Shown here piece after piece: positions 48,682 through 58,225 of a stretch of 64,000 bases of DNA; the stretch's first letter is position 1; every line of letters begins with the position of its first letter. Made by a program: the position numbers and the translations under genes. The notes beneath the pieces were generated by a model that was not told the DNA's origin, made no database searches, and saw only the letters and a program-made list of their open reading frames with translations. This DNA is from Bacillales bacterium UBA6449 (GTDB lineage Bacteria > Bacillota_I > Bacilli_A > RFN20 > CAG-288): positions 299,273 to 363,272 of the forward strand of contig DJOB01000006.1 in assembly GCA_002437105.1 (NCBI GenBank). Direction: 5' to 3'.

Positions 48682-48945
48682 TAACCTGAACATGCTACTA
48701 CAAAATTTAAAGTCTGGAGAGCGGTTTCGATGGATTGTTAGAATCCAGTTGATTCGGAATTTTAAAGAGCGGACGAATGATAGATCGGTAAGATATGTTC
48801 TTTAAAGGTGTGGCTCTGCTATCTTAAATAGAGCAGCAATGCCGATATTGGTAAAATATCCCCGGAGATGATGCGGGTTACATCAAGGCAGATCTATATC
48901 ACCTCTCGGAAGAGAATATAGCTATAACAACTTTGGAGGAGAGCG

Positions 48946-49680
48946 ATGAAGCTTCTAGAGCAAGCGATAGGTCCAGTCCGCGAACTGGTCTTTCTAGATT
49001 TAGAGGGAACTCAGACATCCCACGAAACTATCGCTATTGGTGCCTGTTCTTATATCTGCGATGAACATCTGCTGCCGGTGAAGGGCAAGCCTATCAAGAT
49101 ATTTAAAAGATTTATTCGTGCGTCCTCTAAGGTGGGCAAGGTGGTGTCGGATCTCACCGGCATCACTGAGGACACGCTCGTGTCGCAGGGAATCGATTTC
49201 AATCGGGCGATCTCGGAGCTTATCGAGTCTACTAAGATCCCTGGCGGAAAGAGAAAATATATAACTTTTGGGAATCAGGACATCGTGATGTTGAAAGCTT
49301 CGACCCTCAAGGATACTTCGGGCAAAGCTATGGCCTATTACAATCACATCAGGAGGAATTGGTTCGACTTTCAGGATTTCGTATCTCGCTATGTTTTCGA
49401 TGGGAGACATGTTACTTATTCTCAGCCGAAGCTGCTCCAGATCTTTGAAGCCGAGGATCTCAAACATGCTCACGATCCGCTGTACGATGCGGAGAATCTG
49501 AAGAACCTCTTTATCGCTGTCTCTACTAAGCCGGAAATATTGATCGAATGGTTTCTCAAGAATGTGGAGAATTCACGTCATTCGGGCAAGATCCTGAAGC
49601 CCATCGTCGATCGGCTGCTCAGCGGCGAGACGATATCCCCGGAGAAATTCAGCGCCTTCCTCAAGGAGTACTTCGGATGA
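48946..49680 (+). CDS. DEDDh 3'-5' exonuclease domain protein (DnaQ/KapD-like)
   Basis: The Exo I motif is FLDLEGT and the Exo III motif is HAHDPLYDAENL. An RBS GGAGGAG lies upstream. Confidence 0.75.
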   Translation: MKLLEQAIGPVRELVFLDLEGTQTSHETIAIGACSYICDEHLLPVKGKPIKIFKRFIRASSKVGKVVSDLTGITEDTLVSQGIDFNRAISELIESTKIPGGKRKYITFGNQDIVMLKASTLKDTSGKAMAYYNHIRRNWFDFQDFVSRYVFDGRHVTYSQPKLLQIFEAEDLKHAHDPLYDAENLKNLFIAVSTKPEILIEWFLKNVENSRHSGKILKPIVDRLLSGETISPEKFSAFLKEYFG

Positions 49681-50318
49681 GCGATATCAGATATCCTGGC
49701 GGTCACACTTTCAAGGAGAAGGTCGCCAGCATCAAGGTGGATACTGGCGTCAAGCGCGTGTCTAAGAGCATGGCCGGACGGGCTAATATGGGCATGCAGC
49801 TGGAAGGCGATGTGATCAAGAGCTGCGATATCTTTCGGGAGCGCGGTTGGGCCAATATCTATAAAAGACCAACTCCTATTAGGATAGTTAAAGTTGATCC
49901 TAAGAATCCCTCTCATTTGACTTCGGCTTTCTTCGCCGAAAAATCCACGACCGATTTTGTCGGCGTCTATCGATCGAAGTATATAGATTTCGAGTGCAAG
50001 GAGGAGAAGACGGATACTCTCCCCCTCGCTAACATCCGTCCCCAGCAGCTTACTCATCTGGATCAGGTGCTGAAGATGGGGGGAATCGGTTTCTTCATGG
50101 TCTGTTTTACCTCGAGGCAGGAGGTGTACATCCTCGATGCGAAGTACATACTCAAGAGTGCACTCGAGGATAGATCTAGGTCAGGATTCAAGAGGGATCT
50201 ATTCATTGAGAAGGGAGCTCTAGTTCAGCAGGGCTACTCCCCTAGGCTGGAGATCCTCAAAGCTATCGATTCGCTGTACTTTGATAAGCCTTTCGACCCT
50301 AATAATCCTAAGAGTTAA
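49677..50318 (+). CDS. recU: Holliday junction resolvase RecU
   Basis: The core DFVGVYRSKYIDFECKE is RecU-like. ATG 49677 overlaps the upstream stop (ATGA) and AAGGAG lies 8 nt upstream. The track extension to 49548 overlaps the exonuclease gene. Confidence 0.85.
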   Translation: MSDIRYPGGHTFKEKVASIKVDTGVKRVSKSMAGRANMGMQLEGDVIKSCDIFRERGWANIYKRPTPIRIVKVDPKNPSHLTSAFFAEKSTTDFVGVYRSKYIDFECKEEKTDTLPLANIRPQQLTHLDQVLKMGGIGFFMVCFTSRQEVYILDAKYILKSALEDRSRSGFKRDLFIEKGALVQQGYSPRLEILKAIDSLYFDKPFDPNNPKS

Positions 50319-50958
50319 CTTTATTTTCACTGAGTTTGGCCCGTATATAGTCCCACGCCTGTTGACCGGTGATGTTTGGTCGGCAGTAGGTTCGACCGAA
50401 GAGGATCAGCTGCCGGTGGATATTTATCGGCTCCCCCAATCCTTTAAACGATCTCTCGAGACTCGCTTCGATCTGCACTCGATCCAGGTTCCGGCGTACG
50501 AGTTCCAGCGTTCTAGATACGCGCTCGACATGGGTGTCGACAGGTATATAGGGGAAGTCGTAGATCTCTCCGAGGAAGACCCCAGCCGTTTTGTATCCCA
50601 CACCTGGAAGTTCGGTCAGCTTCTTTCTATCCAGCGGTATATCTCCGTGTAGAGGACCAGTGATGGATCGGGCTGCCGCCACGATATTCTTCGATTTGGT
50701 CGGAGCTAGACCGACGGGTCTAACTATCGCTTCGATTTCTCTTGGATCTGCTTCAGCTAGGCTCTGGATCGTGGGAAATCTGGCGAAGAGCGTCGGTGTA
50801 ACCCTATTGACGGATCTATCGGTAGCTTGGGCGGATAGCATCACACAGAAGAGGAATTGCCACGGTTTCTCGCGGTCGAAAGAGAGAAAGGTGGCGACCT
50901 GTCCAAACTCCTTCTGCAGGAAGGCGGCGACTAACTCCGCTTTTTCGCGGTTCGTCAC
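50308..50958 (-). CDS. nth: endonuclease III-family HhH-GPD glycosylase, lacking the usual 4-Cys Fe-S loop
   Basis: The HhH motif with catalytic Lys is LPGVGYKTAGVF and the catalytic Asp lies in VDTHVERV. The C terminus has only one Cys (GRTYCRPNITGQQAWDY). Confidence 0.85.
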   Translation of the reverse strand: MTNREKAELVAAFLQKEFGQVATFLSFDREKPWQFLFCVMLSAQATDRSVNRVTPTLFARFPTIQSLAEADPREIEAIVRPVGLAPTKSKNIVAAARSITGPLHGDIPLDRKKLTELPGVGYKTAGVFLGEIYDFPYIPVDTHVERVSRTLELVRRNLDRVQIEASLERSFKGLGEPINIHRQLILFGRTYCRPNITGQQAWDYIRAKLSENKVNS

Positions 50959-51608
50959 TTCTTCTTGTCTCCATCTTCGAGCCAGGAGCCCATGAGCGTC
51001 TCTCGCAGTTTGCTATCGTCTCGTGACTCCTCGTTCCTGGCGGTATAACCCTCCTTGGAGAAGTCATCCTCCTTCTCGAGGCGCAACACCTCGCTAGCGA
51101 TCCTGTTGATGGTTGGATTCTGACCCTTGTTGCGGATATTCTCGATGGCGACCTTCATCATCTTGACCGTGGCTCCCTCTCTCAGCATCGCGGAAACCTT
51201 ATCCATCTCCACAGGTGAGAGGGAGGAGCGCTTCAGTTCGGATAGCAGCATCTCATGTATTTCTGACATGACTTTGCCGGAGTCGTCCTTCTTCAGGAGG
51301 ATGTCCTTCTGCAGATCGGAGAACAGCTTGTCGAACAGTCCTTTCAGGGAGAGTTTCGGAACCAGGTCAACCACTTCGTAGGTGATCAGTTTCTTGTCGA
51401 GGAGCCTAGACAGCGACGCGTCGATCTGGTCGGCGGGTACGGTCATGTAGGTGGTGAGAGTGGAAGAGAGAATGGGGGTCTGGGGATCGATCTTCTCCAG
51501 CTGGTCGATCAATAGCAGAGTGACCACATCTATCTCTTTCAGGTTATAGAGTTTGTATTTTTTCACCAGCAGTGCGCGCCAGTCGATATCGGTATAACTG
51601 AAATCCAT
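50955..51608 (-). CDS. dnaD: DnaD-domain replication initiation / primosome protein
   Basis: It has an N-terminal winged-helix-like region and a C-terminal DnaD-like helical domain. The dnaD-nth adjacency matches that in Bacillus. Confidence 0.6.
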   Translation of the reverse strand: MDFSYTDIDWRALLVKKYKLYNLKEIDVVTLLLIDQLEKIDPQTPILSSTLTTYMTVPADQIDASLSRLLDKKLITYEVVDLVPKLSLKGLFDKLFSDLQKDILLKKDDSGKVMSEIHEMLLSELKRSSLSPVEMDKVSAMLREGATVKMMKVAIENIRNKGQNPTINRIASEVLRLEKEDDFSKEGYTARNEESRDDSKLRETLMGSWLEDGDKKK

Positions 51609-51705
51609 GTTGTTAACCTCCGTGTGAATGATACATAAAACAAGTATATTATCTCGTGGGTGTATGTAATTATCTTCCCTTGATCATAGTAAGGAGGAAA
51701 AGTGA

Positions 51706-52956
51706 ATGAGTGGAAAGAAAGTCTCCAGCGCCTCTGAATCTGCTCTCAGAGCGCTGAAGGAAGCTAGGACGAGAAGAAGTATGAATTCTCTTTTCTCCGC
51801 CTCCTACGAAGCTCAGATCAGGACTCACCTCAAAGAGGTGAAGAGAGAGTTTGGCTCACAGGTAGAACCCGATATGGTGCCTGCCGACCAGATTGAAAAT
51901 CGTTCGAACGCTACCTCTCACCCTGAAACAGCAGGTGAAGGTGGTATCTCCGGCGAGCAGAAGAGCGACAAGGATCGCCTAGATAAAGGCATCAGCCTGG
52001 AGAAGCACTCGGTTAAAAGCTGGTTTAAATCGGCGATCAGCGGAATGTTCATAGGGTTGGCGGTCGTGGTTCCTGGCATATCGGGAGCGACTATCTCTAT
52101 AATTTTTAAATTATATGAAAAGATAATATTTGCGATATCTTCGCTGTTGAAGCAATTTAAGAGATCTGTTATTTGGTTGCTTCCTTTGATCGTCGGTATG
52201 GCCGTAGGAGTGATCGGTGGATTCTTCGGGGTTAAGGAGGCGCTCAACTATATTCCCTTCGCCACTGTGTGTCTATTCGCAGGATTGATGATAGGAGCCT
52301 TCCCTACTGTCTACTGTGAGGTCGCTAGAGCTAAGAAGAGTCCGCTGCGGATCATCATGCTGATACTGGGGGTGGTAGTTCCCGTGGGACTCAGCGTTCT
52401 CACGACCAATGTGATTCATGCCGACGCGGCTGGCGATCCTCTCGCGGTCATATCGTGGTGGGAGTACTTGTACATGATCCTAGCGGGAGCGGTTGTCGCT
52501 CTGACGCAGATAGTCCCTGGACTCTCCGCTTCCTCCTTCATGATGATGATCGGTTATTTCACGCCTATAGTGAACAGTATCAGCCTCACCTATTGGAAGT
52601 CTAATCCCCTGGTCTTCGCGGTCTATGGATGCTTGGTCCTAGGGTTCCTTGTGGGACTTATCGCCTTCTCCAAACTTATCAACGTCCTGCTGGAGAAGAA
52701 GAGAGAGACCACCTTTTTCCCGATCGTCGGCCTATCGATCGGCTCCATCATCTGCATGTTCTATAACCCGGAGATCTACAAGATCTACCAGGGATGGATC
52801 AAGGGTGGAAATTCTTCCGCTACCGTATCTATGTGGACCGATATCGATATTGCCGTAGCTCTATTGCTAGTCGGGTTCGCTATCTCGATCTCCTTCGTTA
52901 TCTATGAGAGAAATAGAGCTAAAAGATCTCTAGCGATGAAGGGAAAGAACAGATGA
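51706..52956 (+). CDS. DUF368-family membrane protein (polyprenyl-phosphate transporter family) with an N-terminal cytoplasmic extension of about 110 aa
   Basis: A strong RBS AAGGAGG is present. The DUF368 signature is VVPGISGATISIIFKLYEKI. About 8 TM segments follow. Confidence 0.75.
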   Translation: MSGKKVSSASESALRALKEARTRRSMNSLFSASYEAQIRTHLKEVKREFGSQVEPDMVPADQIENRSNATSHPETAGEGGISGEQKSDKDRLDKGISLEKHSVKSWFKSAISGMFIGLAVVVPGISGATISIIFKLYEKIIFAISSLLKQFKRSVIWLLPLIVGMAVGVIGGFFGVKEALNYIPFATVCLFAGLMIGAFPTVYCEVARAKKSPLRIIMLILGVVVPVGLSVLTTNVIHADAAGDPLAVISWWEYLYMILAGAVVALTQIVPGLSASSFMMMIGYFTPIVNSISLTYWKSNPLVFAVYGCLVLGFLVGLIAFSKLINVLLEKKRETTFFPIVGLSIGSIICMFYNPEIYKIYQGWIKGGNSSATVSMWTDIDIAVALLLVGFAISISFVIYERNRAKRSLAMKGKNR

Positions 52957-53579
52957 GATTCAACTTTGAAAAGAAGGAGCGCACCTCTTCAAAGGAGAGG
53001 AGACTCGAGTATATAAGGGAGCTCTCCGACTCCTTTGATATCGATGAGGATAAGCACGAGATGCTTATTGAATTCAGATACGATAGATTCTCCGATATAT
53101 TCAATACGAGTTTAGGTAGAAAAGGTGGTATTCCGCTGATTAGAAACGAGATGATGGAGACGCTCGAGAGGTGCTTTCGCTTCCGCCCGATCGGTTATTC
53201 TGTGCGGTTCGATTTTGTGGTATCCGATCTGGAAGGACATACGGTGGAGGAGGCGGAGAAGTGCTTTGTCCACAGCATCTCTCTAGGCGGCTATGTCTCT
53301 TCCAAGGAAGGAAAGGGCAAAACGATGACCGCCCTCGTTCTCACTATCGTCGGTATTTTGATCTTGGTCTTTACTAGCCTCTGTACTGGATTGGGTTGGG
53401 TCGATGTGGAAGGGGCGACATGGAAGATCATGAGCGAGGTTCTAGATATCGCTGCTTGGGTATTCATCTGGGAGGCGGTGACCATCTACTTCATCGATAG
53501 ACCGGAACGGAAACTATTTATCCGCAATTTTAAGAAGAGCCTAACGGAAGTGACCTTCAGGGAGGACAGGAGTGACTGA
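52953..53579 (+). CDS. hypothetical protein, cytoplasmic N-domain plus two C-terminal TM helices
   Basis: Its ATG overlaps the DUF368 stop (ATGA). TM segments are ALVLTIVGILILVFTSLCTGLGW and IAAWVFIWEAVTIYFI. I recognise no motif. Confidence 0.55.
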   Translation: MRFNFEKKERTSSKERRLEYIRELSDSFDIDEDKHEMLIEFRYDRFSDIFNTSLGRKGGIPLIRNEMMETLERCFRFRPIGYSVRFDFVVSDLEGHTVEEAEKCFVHSISLGGYVSSKEGKGKTMTALVLTIVGILILVFTSLCTGLGWVDVEGATWKIMSEVLDIAAWVFIWEAVTIYFIDRPERKLFIRNFKKSLTEVTFREDRSD

Positions 53580-54816
53580 TAACAGGGTTTCACTATTACC
53601 GGGAATACTGGTGTCTCCGGATCGGGCTGAACACGATACCTGGGTCGCTTTCGATTGCATCTTTCCTGATGGTATGAAACTATCCGATGCCGATCTTGCT
53701 AGGTATCGCCAAATGGTTGGTAAGCCGCTATCCAACGGTGGGGTGAAGAGCCTCTCCAACATACTCAGGCGACTCGGCTTCGTGTGCATCGCGAGAGGAA
53801 CGTATGCGAGTCCGCTCAAACGGGTGAAGATCCCTGAAGAGATCCTGTCTGCGATCGACTCTTTCATCTCCAAAAAAGGCGGCTGCTCCTACGAGGAGAT
53901 CCAGGTTGAATTCCATAAGTCCCTGATCGCGATTGGGATAGATAATCGGTACATGCTCAAGTCCGCTCTCGATCCTGATCTACCTGAAAGCTTCAGGCCG
54001 GGTAGGGATGAGATATCCGTGGGATCAGAGGATTCCTCGCTAGAATCCTATTTTTCACAGGAGAGGGTCGATCTAGGGGCGATCTCTAAAAAGTATCCCG
54101 GTATCAAGCGATCCTTCCTTCTCAATAGGCTCTATTCACAGGCGGGAATGGTCCGGATCACTGCGGATGTCTTTGAAAAGTACTCGGCCCTCGGGGTCTC
54201 TAAGGAGGATGAGAACTCCTTGCGCGCCTTTGTCAGCGAGTGCATCAACCGAGATGGCTACGCTCAGATCTCGCTAGTCGAGAAAAAGATGTCCTCTCTC
54301 CAATCGAAATGCTTTAGAGATCTTGATCATCGCTATATCGATTCTGTCATTTCCGAGATATTGGGTGAAGGGTTCACCGTCGGTAATACCTTGATCATCC
54401 GCGGAAGAAAGGGAGCGAAGATCAGTGCGACCCAGGTGGTACTTGCGAGCTCTAGAGGGATCGGGACGATCGAGCAGTTGCGGAAGAAGGTGGCGGAACT
54501 CACGGGAAAAAGACCGGGTCTGGTCGACACCCTCATCGCGATGGGTACGCGAGCTATGCTCGTAGATTCGACTGCCGGTCGGATACTCGAAGTAGATCGA
54601 GAAGGATTGAAGTCCGCCTATAGAGTTCTGGTGATGAGACTTGATAGAGGCGTCTTTAATTCGGACGAAAACCTGGTGCTCCCTTCCGTTTCCGGTATCG
54701 TGTGGGATAGGTATTCGATCTTCTCTCTGGCTGTATACATGGGAAAGAACGATATAAAGAGGATGATTATCGATAGATCCGATAGAGGTTTCTCATACAC
54801 CTTGAGGAGTGCCTAG
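53572..54816 (+). CDS. hypothetical soluble protein (414 aa)
   Basis: It overlaps the upstream gene by 8 nt. No TM segment, signal peptide or recognisable catalytic motif is present. Confidence 0.55.
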   Translation: MTDNRVSLLPGILVSPDRAEHDTWVAFDCIFPDGMKLSDADLARYRQMVGKPLSNGGVKSLSNILRRLGFVCIARGTYASPLKRVKIPEEILSAIDSFISKKGGCSYEEIQVEFHKSLIAIGIDNRYMLKSALDPDLPESFRPGRDEISVGSEDSSLESYFSQERVDLGAISKKYPGIKRSFLLNRLYSQAGMVRITADVFEKYSALGVSKEDENSLRAFVSECINRDGYAQISLVEKKMSSLQSKCFRDLDHRYIDSVISEILGEGFTVGNTLIIRGRKGAKISATQVVLASSRGIGTIEQLRKKVAELTGKRPGLVDTLIAMGTRAMLVDSTAGRILEVDREGLKSAYRVLVMRLDRGVFNSDENLVLPSVSGIVWDRYSIFSLAVYMGKNDIKRMIIDRSDRGFSYTLRSA

Positions 54817-54820
54817 ATTT

Positions 54821-55723
54821 CTAGATGACATTCATGTCATCAGCGAGCATGCTGTCGATGATTCCATCGCCTAAACCGGTCATCGGCACGACGATGAAAT
54901 CGGCGTCGGTGAGGTTCGCTACGGTTAAGAACAGTTTTCCAGCTGGGATGATGACATCGGCGCGATCGGGTTTGAGACGGTATTTGAGCATCCTTTCGGG
55001 GACGGAGAGCTCATCGAGTCTCTTATAGAGATCCTTGAGCTCCGAGGAGGCGAGGATGTGATTTCCCTTCTTGTCCTTCTGGCTGGATAGTTTCCAGTAT
55101 CGGTTGATATTGCCCCCGGTTCCTACCAGGTTGATCTTGCCAAACTCCTTGCGGTACCCCGCGACCGTCTTCTTCAGCTTTGTCCATTCATCGGGGGAAT
55201 CAGCGTGGGCGAGGATCCTCAAAGTTCCTAGGGGATAGCTGTGGCTATCGATGATCTTCCCGTCGGAATACATGGTCACTTCGGTGGATCCGCCTCCGAC
55301 ATCCATGAAGATCCAGTTGCCGGAGTTGAATTTCAGATCGCGCGCGATCTTGACGATGGTCTTAGCCTCGGTTTCACCGGAGATGATCCTCACATCGACT
55401 CCGGTCTCCTTTCTTATGCGCCAGATGATGTCTTCACCGTTCTTCGCTTCGCGCATCGCGGAGGTGGCGAGAGCCTGGTACTGCACCACGCCGTAGATCT
55501 CCATCAGGGCCTTGAAGCAGGATATGGTGCGGATCAGCTGATCCTCCTTCTTCAGTCCGATAGATCCTGTGCGAAAGACATCCACACCTAATCTCAGGGG
55601 GACGCGGAGCTCCTGAACCGGATAGCTTCCTAACTGTCCTCTCTCGTTGAGGTAGACGTTCTTGATGACGAAACGAGCGGCATTGGTACCGATATCGATG
55701 CCAGCGTAGAATCCCTGTTTCAA
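54821..55723 (-). CDS. ppx: Ppx/GppA-family exopolyphosphatase (actin-like N-terminal domains only)
   Basis: Motifs are GIDIGTNAARFVI and DVGGGSTE. It lies downstream of ppk1. Confidence 0.85.
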   Translation of the reverse strand: MKQGFYAGIDIGTNAARFVIKNVYLNERGQLGSYPVQELRVPLRLGVDVFRTGSIGLKKEDQLIRTISCFKALMEIYGVVQYQALATSAMREAKNGEDIIWRIRKETGVDVRIISGETEAKTIVKIARDLKFNSGNWIFMDVGGGSTEVTMYSDGKIIDSHSYPLGTLRILAHADSPDEWTKLKKTVAGYRKEFGKINLVGTGGNINRYWKLSSQKDKKGNHILASSELKDLYKRLDELSVPERMLKYRLKPDRADVIIPAGKLFLTVANLTDADFIVVPMTGLGDGIIDSMLADDMNVI

Positions 55724-55765
55724 ATCGATGTCCTCCTACATGTGTGATTCTGATATCTGACGAGC

Positions 55766-57850
55766 TCAGTTGGATCTGGTCTTATCTGCGAGAGCCAGCT
55801 GGGTCAACACCTCTTGGCTGCGGATGATCTTCTCCTTCGGCTTCCGGGGAACGGGCAGGTAATCAGGTCCGCCGTTCACGATGCTGGCCTGGCAGTTGTC
55901 GGCGAGTCCAGCATCCACGATGGCTTCCAGTTTCTTCTGGCAGTCAGGGTCGAATACGGGGGTGACAACCTCTATTCTGTTATATAGATTTCTCGGCATC
56001 CAGTCAGCCGATCCCATGAAGTATAGAGGGTGTCCGCCATTCTGGAAGATGAATATTCTCGAGTGCTCCAGATAGCGGTCGATGATCGCTTTTATCCGGA
56101 TGTTCCCCTTCAGTTTAGGCAGGGTAGTCACTAGCGAGTTGTTGCCTCTTATCAGCAGATCGATAGGCACGTTGTTCGCGGCCGCTTCATAGAGGAGCGC
56201 GACCATCGGTTTATCCGTTATATGGTTGATCTTGATCTTGATGCCTGCTGGCTTTCCGGCTAGAGCGTTCTTCTCCTCGTTCCGTATCAGGCGCTGGAAG
56301 ACCGATTGCATGTGGTTCGGTGAGACCAGGAGGTAGTGGAATGTCTGCTTGCGGTAGGGCTCGGCGATAAAGTTGAATATCTGACCGACCTCCTTGACGA
56401 TCTTGCGGTTGGCGGTGAAGAGGAGACAGTCGGTATAGGTCTTAGCGTTGCCCTCGTGGAAGTTTCCGGTGGATACTACGGCGATATTCTTTCCGCCTTT
56501 GATATTGACCCAGACCACCTTGCCGTGGACCTTGAATCCCTCGGTGGAGGGAAGGACTTCGACCCCCGCCTCTCTCAGCGTCTGGGAGATGAGGATGTTC
56601 GAGGACTCGTCGAAGCGGGCCATGAGCTCGACCATCGCAGTGACCTTCTTGCCATTTTTGGCGGCTGCCGCGAGCGCCTTTACGACCTGGGATTCGTTGG
56701 CGGCACGGTAGATGGTGGCTTTGATCTCCTTGACTTGGGGAGAGATAGCGCACTCCTGCAGGAATTTGACGAAGGTATCGAAAGACTCGTAGGGCACATG
56801 GATGAGAAGATCCTTCTTCCGGATTCTCTCGATCAGCGAGGTGCCGGAGTCGACCTCCGAGATCTCGACGGTGGGCCAGGGTTTGCTGCGCAGGGGAGCC
56901 CCGGGCTTATCGATATAGGGGAATTTCGAGAGGTCGCGGTGGTTGTGGTAGCGTCCGCCGACGGATACTAGATCCAGCTTATCGACGTGGAGGCGACGGT
57001 TGAGGATGGATTTGAGATCGGAGGGTATACCTTCGCCGAAGATGACTCGGACGGGCATGCCCTTTCTCCTGTCCTTGACGGCCTGGGTGATGGAGCGCAG
57101 TATTCCCTCTTCGGGATCGCTTTCGACCTCCATCTCGGCATCCTTGGAGAATTTCAGTGCATAAGCGGAGAAGCGCGTGTAGCCAGAGCCGATGAATATG
57201 TGGGGGAGATGCATTCTGACGATGTCGTCCAGATACATCACACAGGAGGTCTTATCGTCGCGGTCAGGGATCTTGATAAACCTGCCGCAGAGGGCTACGG
57301 GAAGGGCGAGAATCGCGTAGGCCGGCTTCTTGTCATCAGCTTCCATCTTTACTGCTAGATAGATGTGAGCATCGTTGACCGACGATAGGTCCGCCCGGTC
57401 GGTGATGATGGTGGGGTTGATGTAGTCCGAGACGTGGCGCATGAAGTAGTCGTGCACATAATCCCGCTGCTTCGGGGTGAGTTCTGACTCGTTCACCAGC
57501 GCGATTCCCCGTTTCAGCAGGCTGGCGAATACCTCCTTCTCCACTTCGACATATTCGTTGTTGTACTCTTCGGTCAGATCCTTGATGATGCTGATCTGGC
57601 GCTTAGCATCCTTGCGCTCATCCTTGATCCCACCGGCTTTGGATTCGGCGATCCTCTGGAGGGAGGCGACACGAACCTTGTAGAACTCATCCAGGTTGGA
57701 GGAGTAGATACCGAGGAACATCAGCCTGTCATAGAGGGGGAGTTTGACTTTGCTAGCTTCTTTGAGGATACGATGGTTAAAATACATCCAGGATATGTCG
57801 CGGTCGACGTACTCGTTGCTCTTCAGGTCGAGTTTTCTCTTGCTGCCCAT
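55766..57850 (-). CDS. ppk: polyphosphate kinase 1
   Basis: It is 694 aa. The N terminus is DISWMYFNHRILKEA and two PLD-like C-terminal domains are present. Confidence 0.92.
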   Translation of the reverse strand: MGSKRKLDLKSNEYVDRDISWMYFNHRILKEASKVKLPLYDRLMFLGIYSSNLDEFYKVRVASLQRIAESKAGGIKDERKDAKRQISIIKDLTEEYNNEYVEVEKEVFASLLKRGIALVNESELTPKQRDYVHDYFMRHVSDYINPTIITDRADLSSVNDAHIYLAVKMEADDKKPAYAILALPVALCGRFIKIPDRDDKTSCVMYLDDIVRMHLPHIFIGSGYTRFSAYALKFSKDAEMEVESDPEEGILRSITQAVKDRRKGMPVRVIFGEGIPSDLKSILNRRLHVDKLDLVSVGGRYHNHRDLSKFPYIDKPGAPLRSKPWPTVEISEVDSGTSLIERIRKKDLLIHVPYESFDTFVKFLQECAISPQVKEIKATIYRAANESQVVKALAAAAKNGKKVTAMVELMARFDESSNILISQTLREAGVEVLPSTEGFKVHGKVVWVNIKGGKNIAVVSTGNFHEGNAKTYTDCLLFTANRKIVKEVGQIFNFIAEPYRKQTFHYLLVSPNHMQSVFQRLIRNEEKNALAGKPAGIKIKINHITDKPMVALLYEAAANNVPIDLLIRGNNSLVTTLPKLKGNIRIKAIIDRYLEHSRIFIFQNGGHPLYFMGSADWMPRNLYNRIEVVTPVFDPDCQKKLEAIVDAGLADNCQASIVNGGPDYLPVPRKPKEKIIRSQEVLTQLALADKTRSN

Positions 57851-57979
57851 TTTCCTTACCTCAAACTGTATTTATTTTACCTTAATAGCGCGTTTCGATT
57901 TTCACCAGATATGCTTTGCATATCGGTGGCTCGCTTAGTTCACTCGTTTATAATCTTGTCTGTTCAGGAGGGTTGGCGA

Positions 57980-58186
57980 ATGAAGGTAGTGAAAGTTGAT
58001 CCGACGATGTGCATCGGCTGCGGCACCTGCGCCGCGATCGCGGAGAACATGTTCGAGATAAATCCTGAGGACGGACTCGCGGTGGTGAAGAATCCTGACG
58101 CTGCGCTGACTGGCGATGATCTGGATCTGGCGGAACAGGCGGTGACCTGCTGCCCCAGCGGTGCAATCTCGATTCAGGACAAGTAG
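57980..58186 (+). CDS. small ferredoxin (single-cluster type)
   Basis: ATG 57980 lies 8 nt after AGGAGG. Cluster ligands are CIGCGTC...CCPSGAI. The track ORF start 57773 lies inside the ppk1 coding region. Confidence 0.85.
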   Translation: MKVVKVDPTMCIGCGTCAAIAENMFEINPEDGLAVVKNPDAALTGDDLDLAEQAVTCCPSGAISIQDK

Positions 58187-58216
58187 AAAAAGGCCGGGTC
58201 TCTGCCCGGTCTTTTT
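58187..58216. terminator. bidirectional intrinsic terminator between the ferredoxin gene and rluB
   Basis: An 8-bp stem (58191-58198 / 58205-58212) with core CCGGG/CCCGG, flanked by an A-run and a T-run. Confidence 0.75.
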
Positions 58217-58225
58217 GTATTCGAC

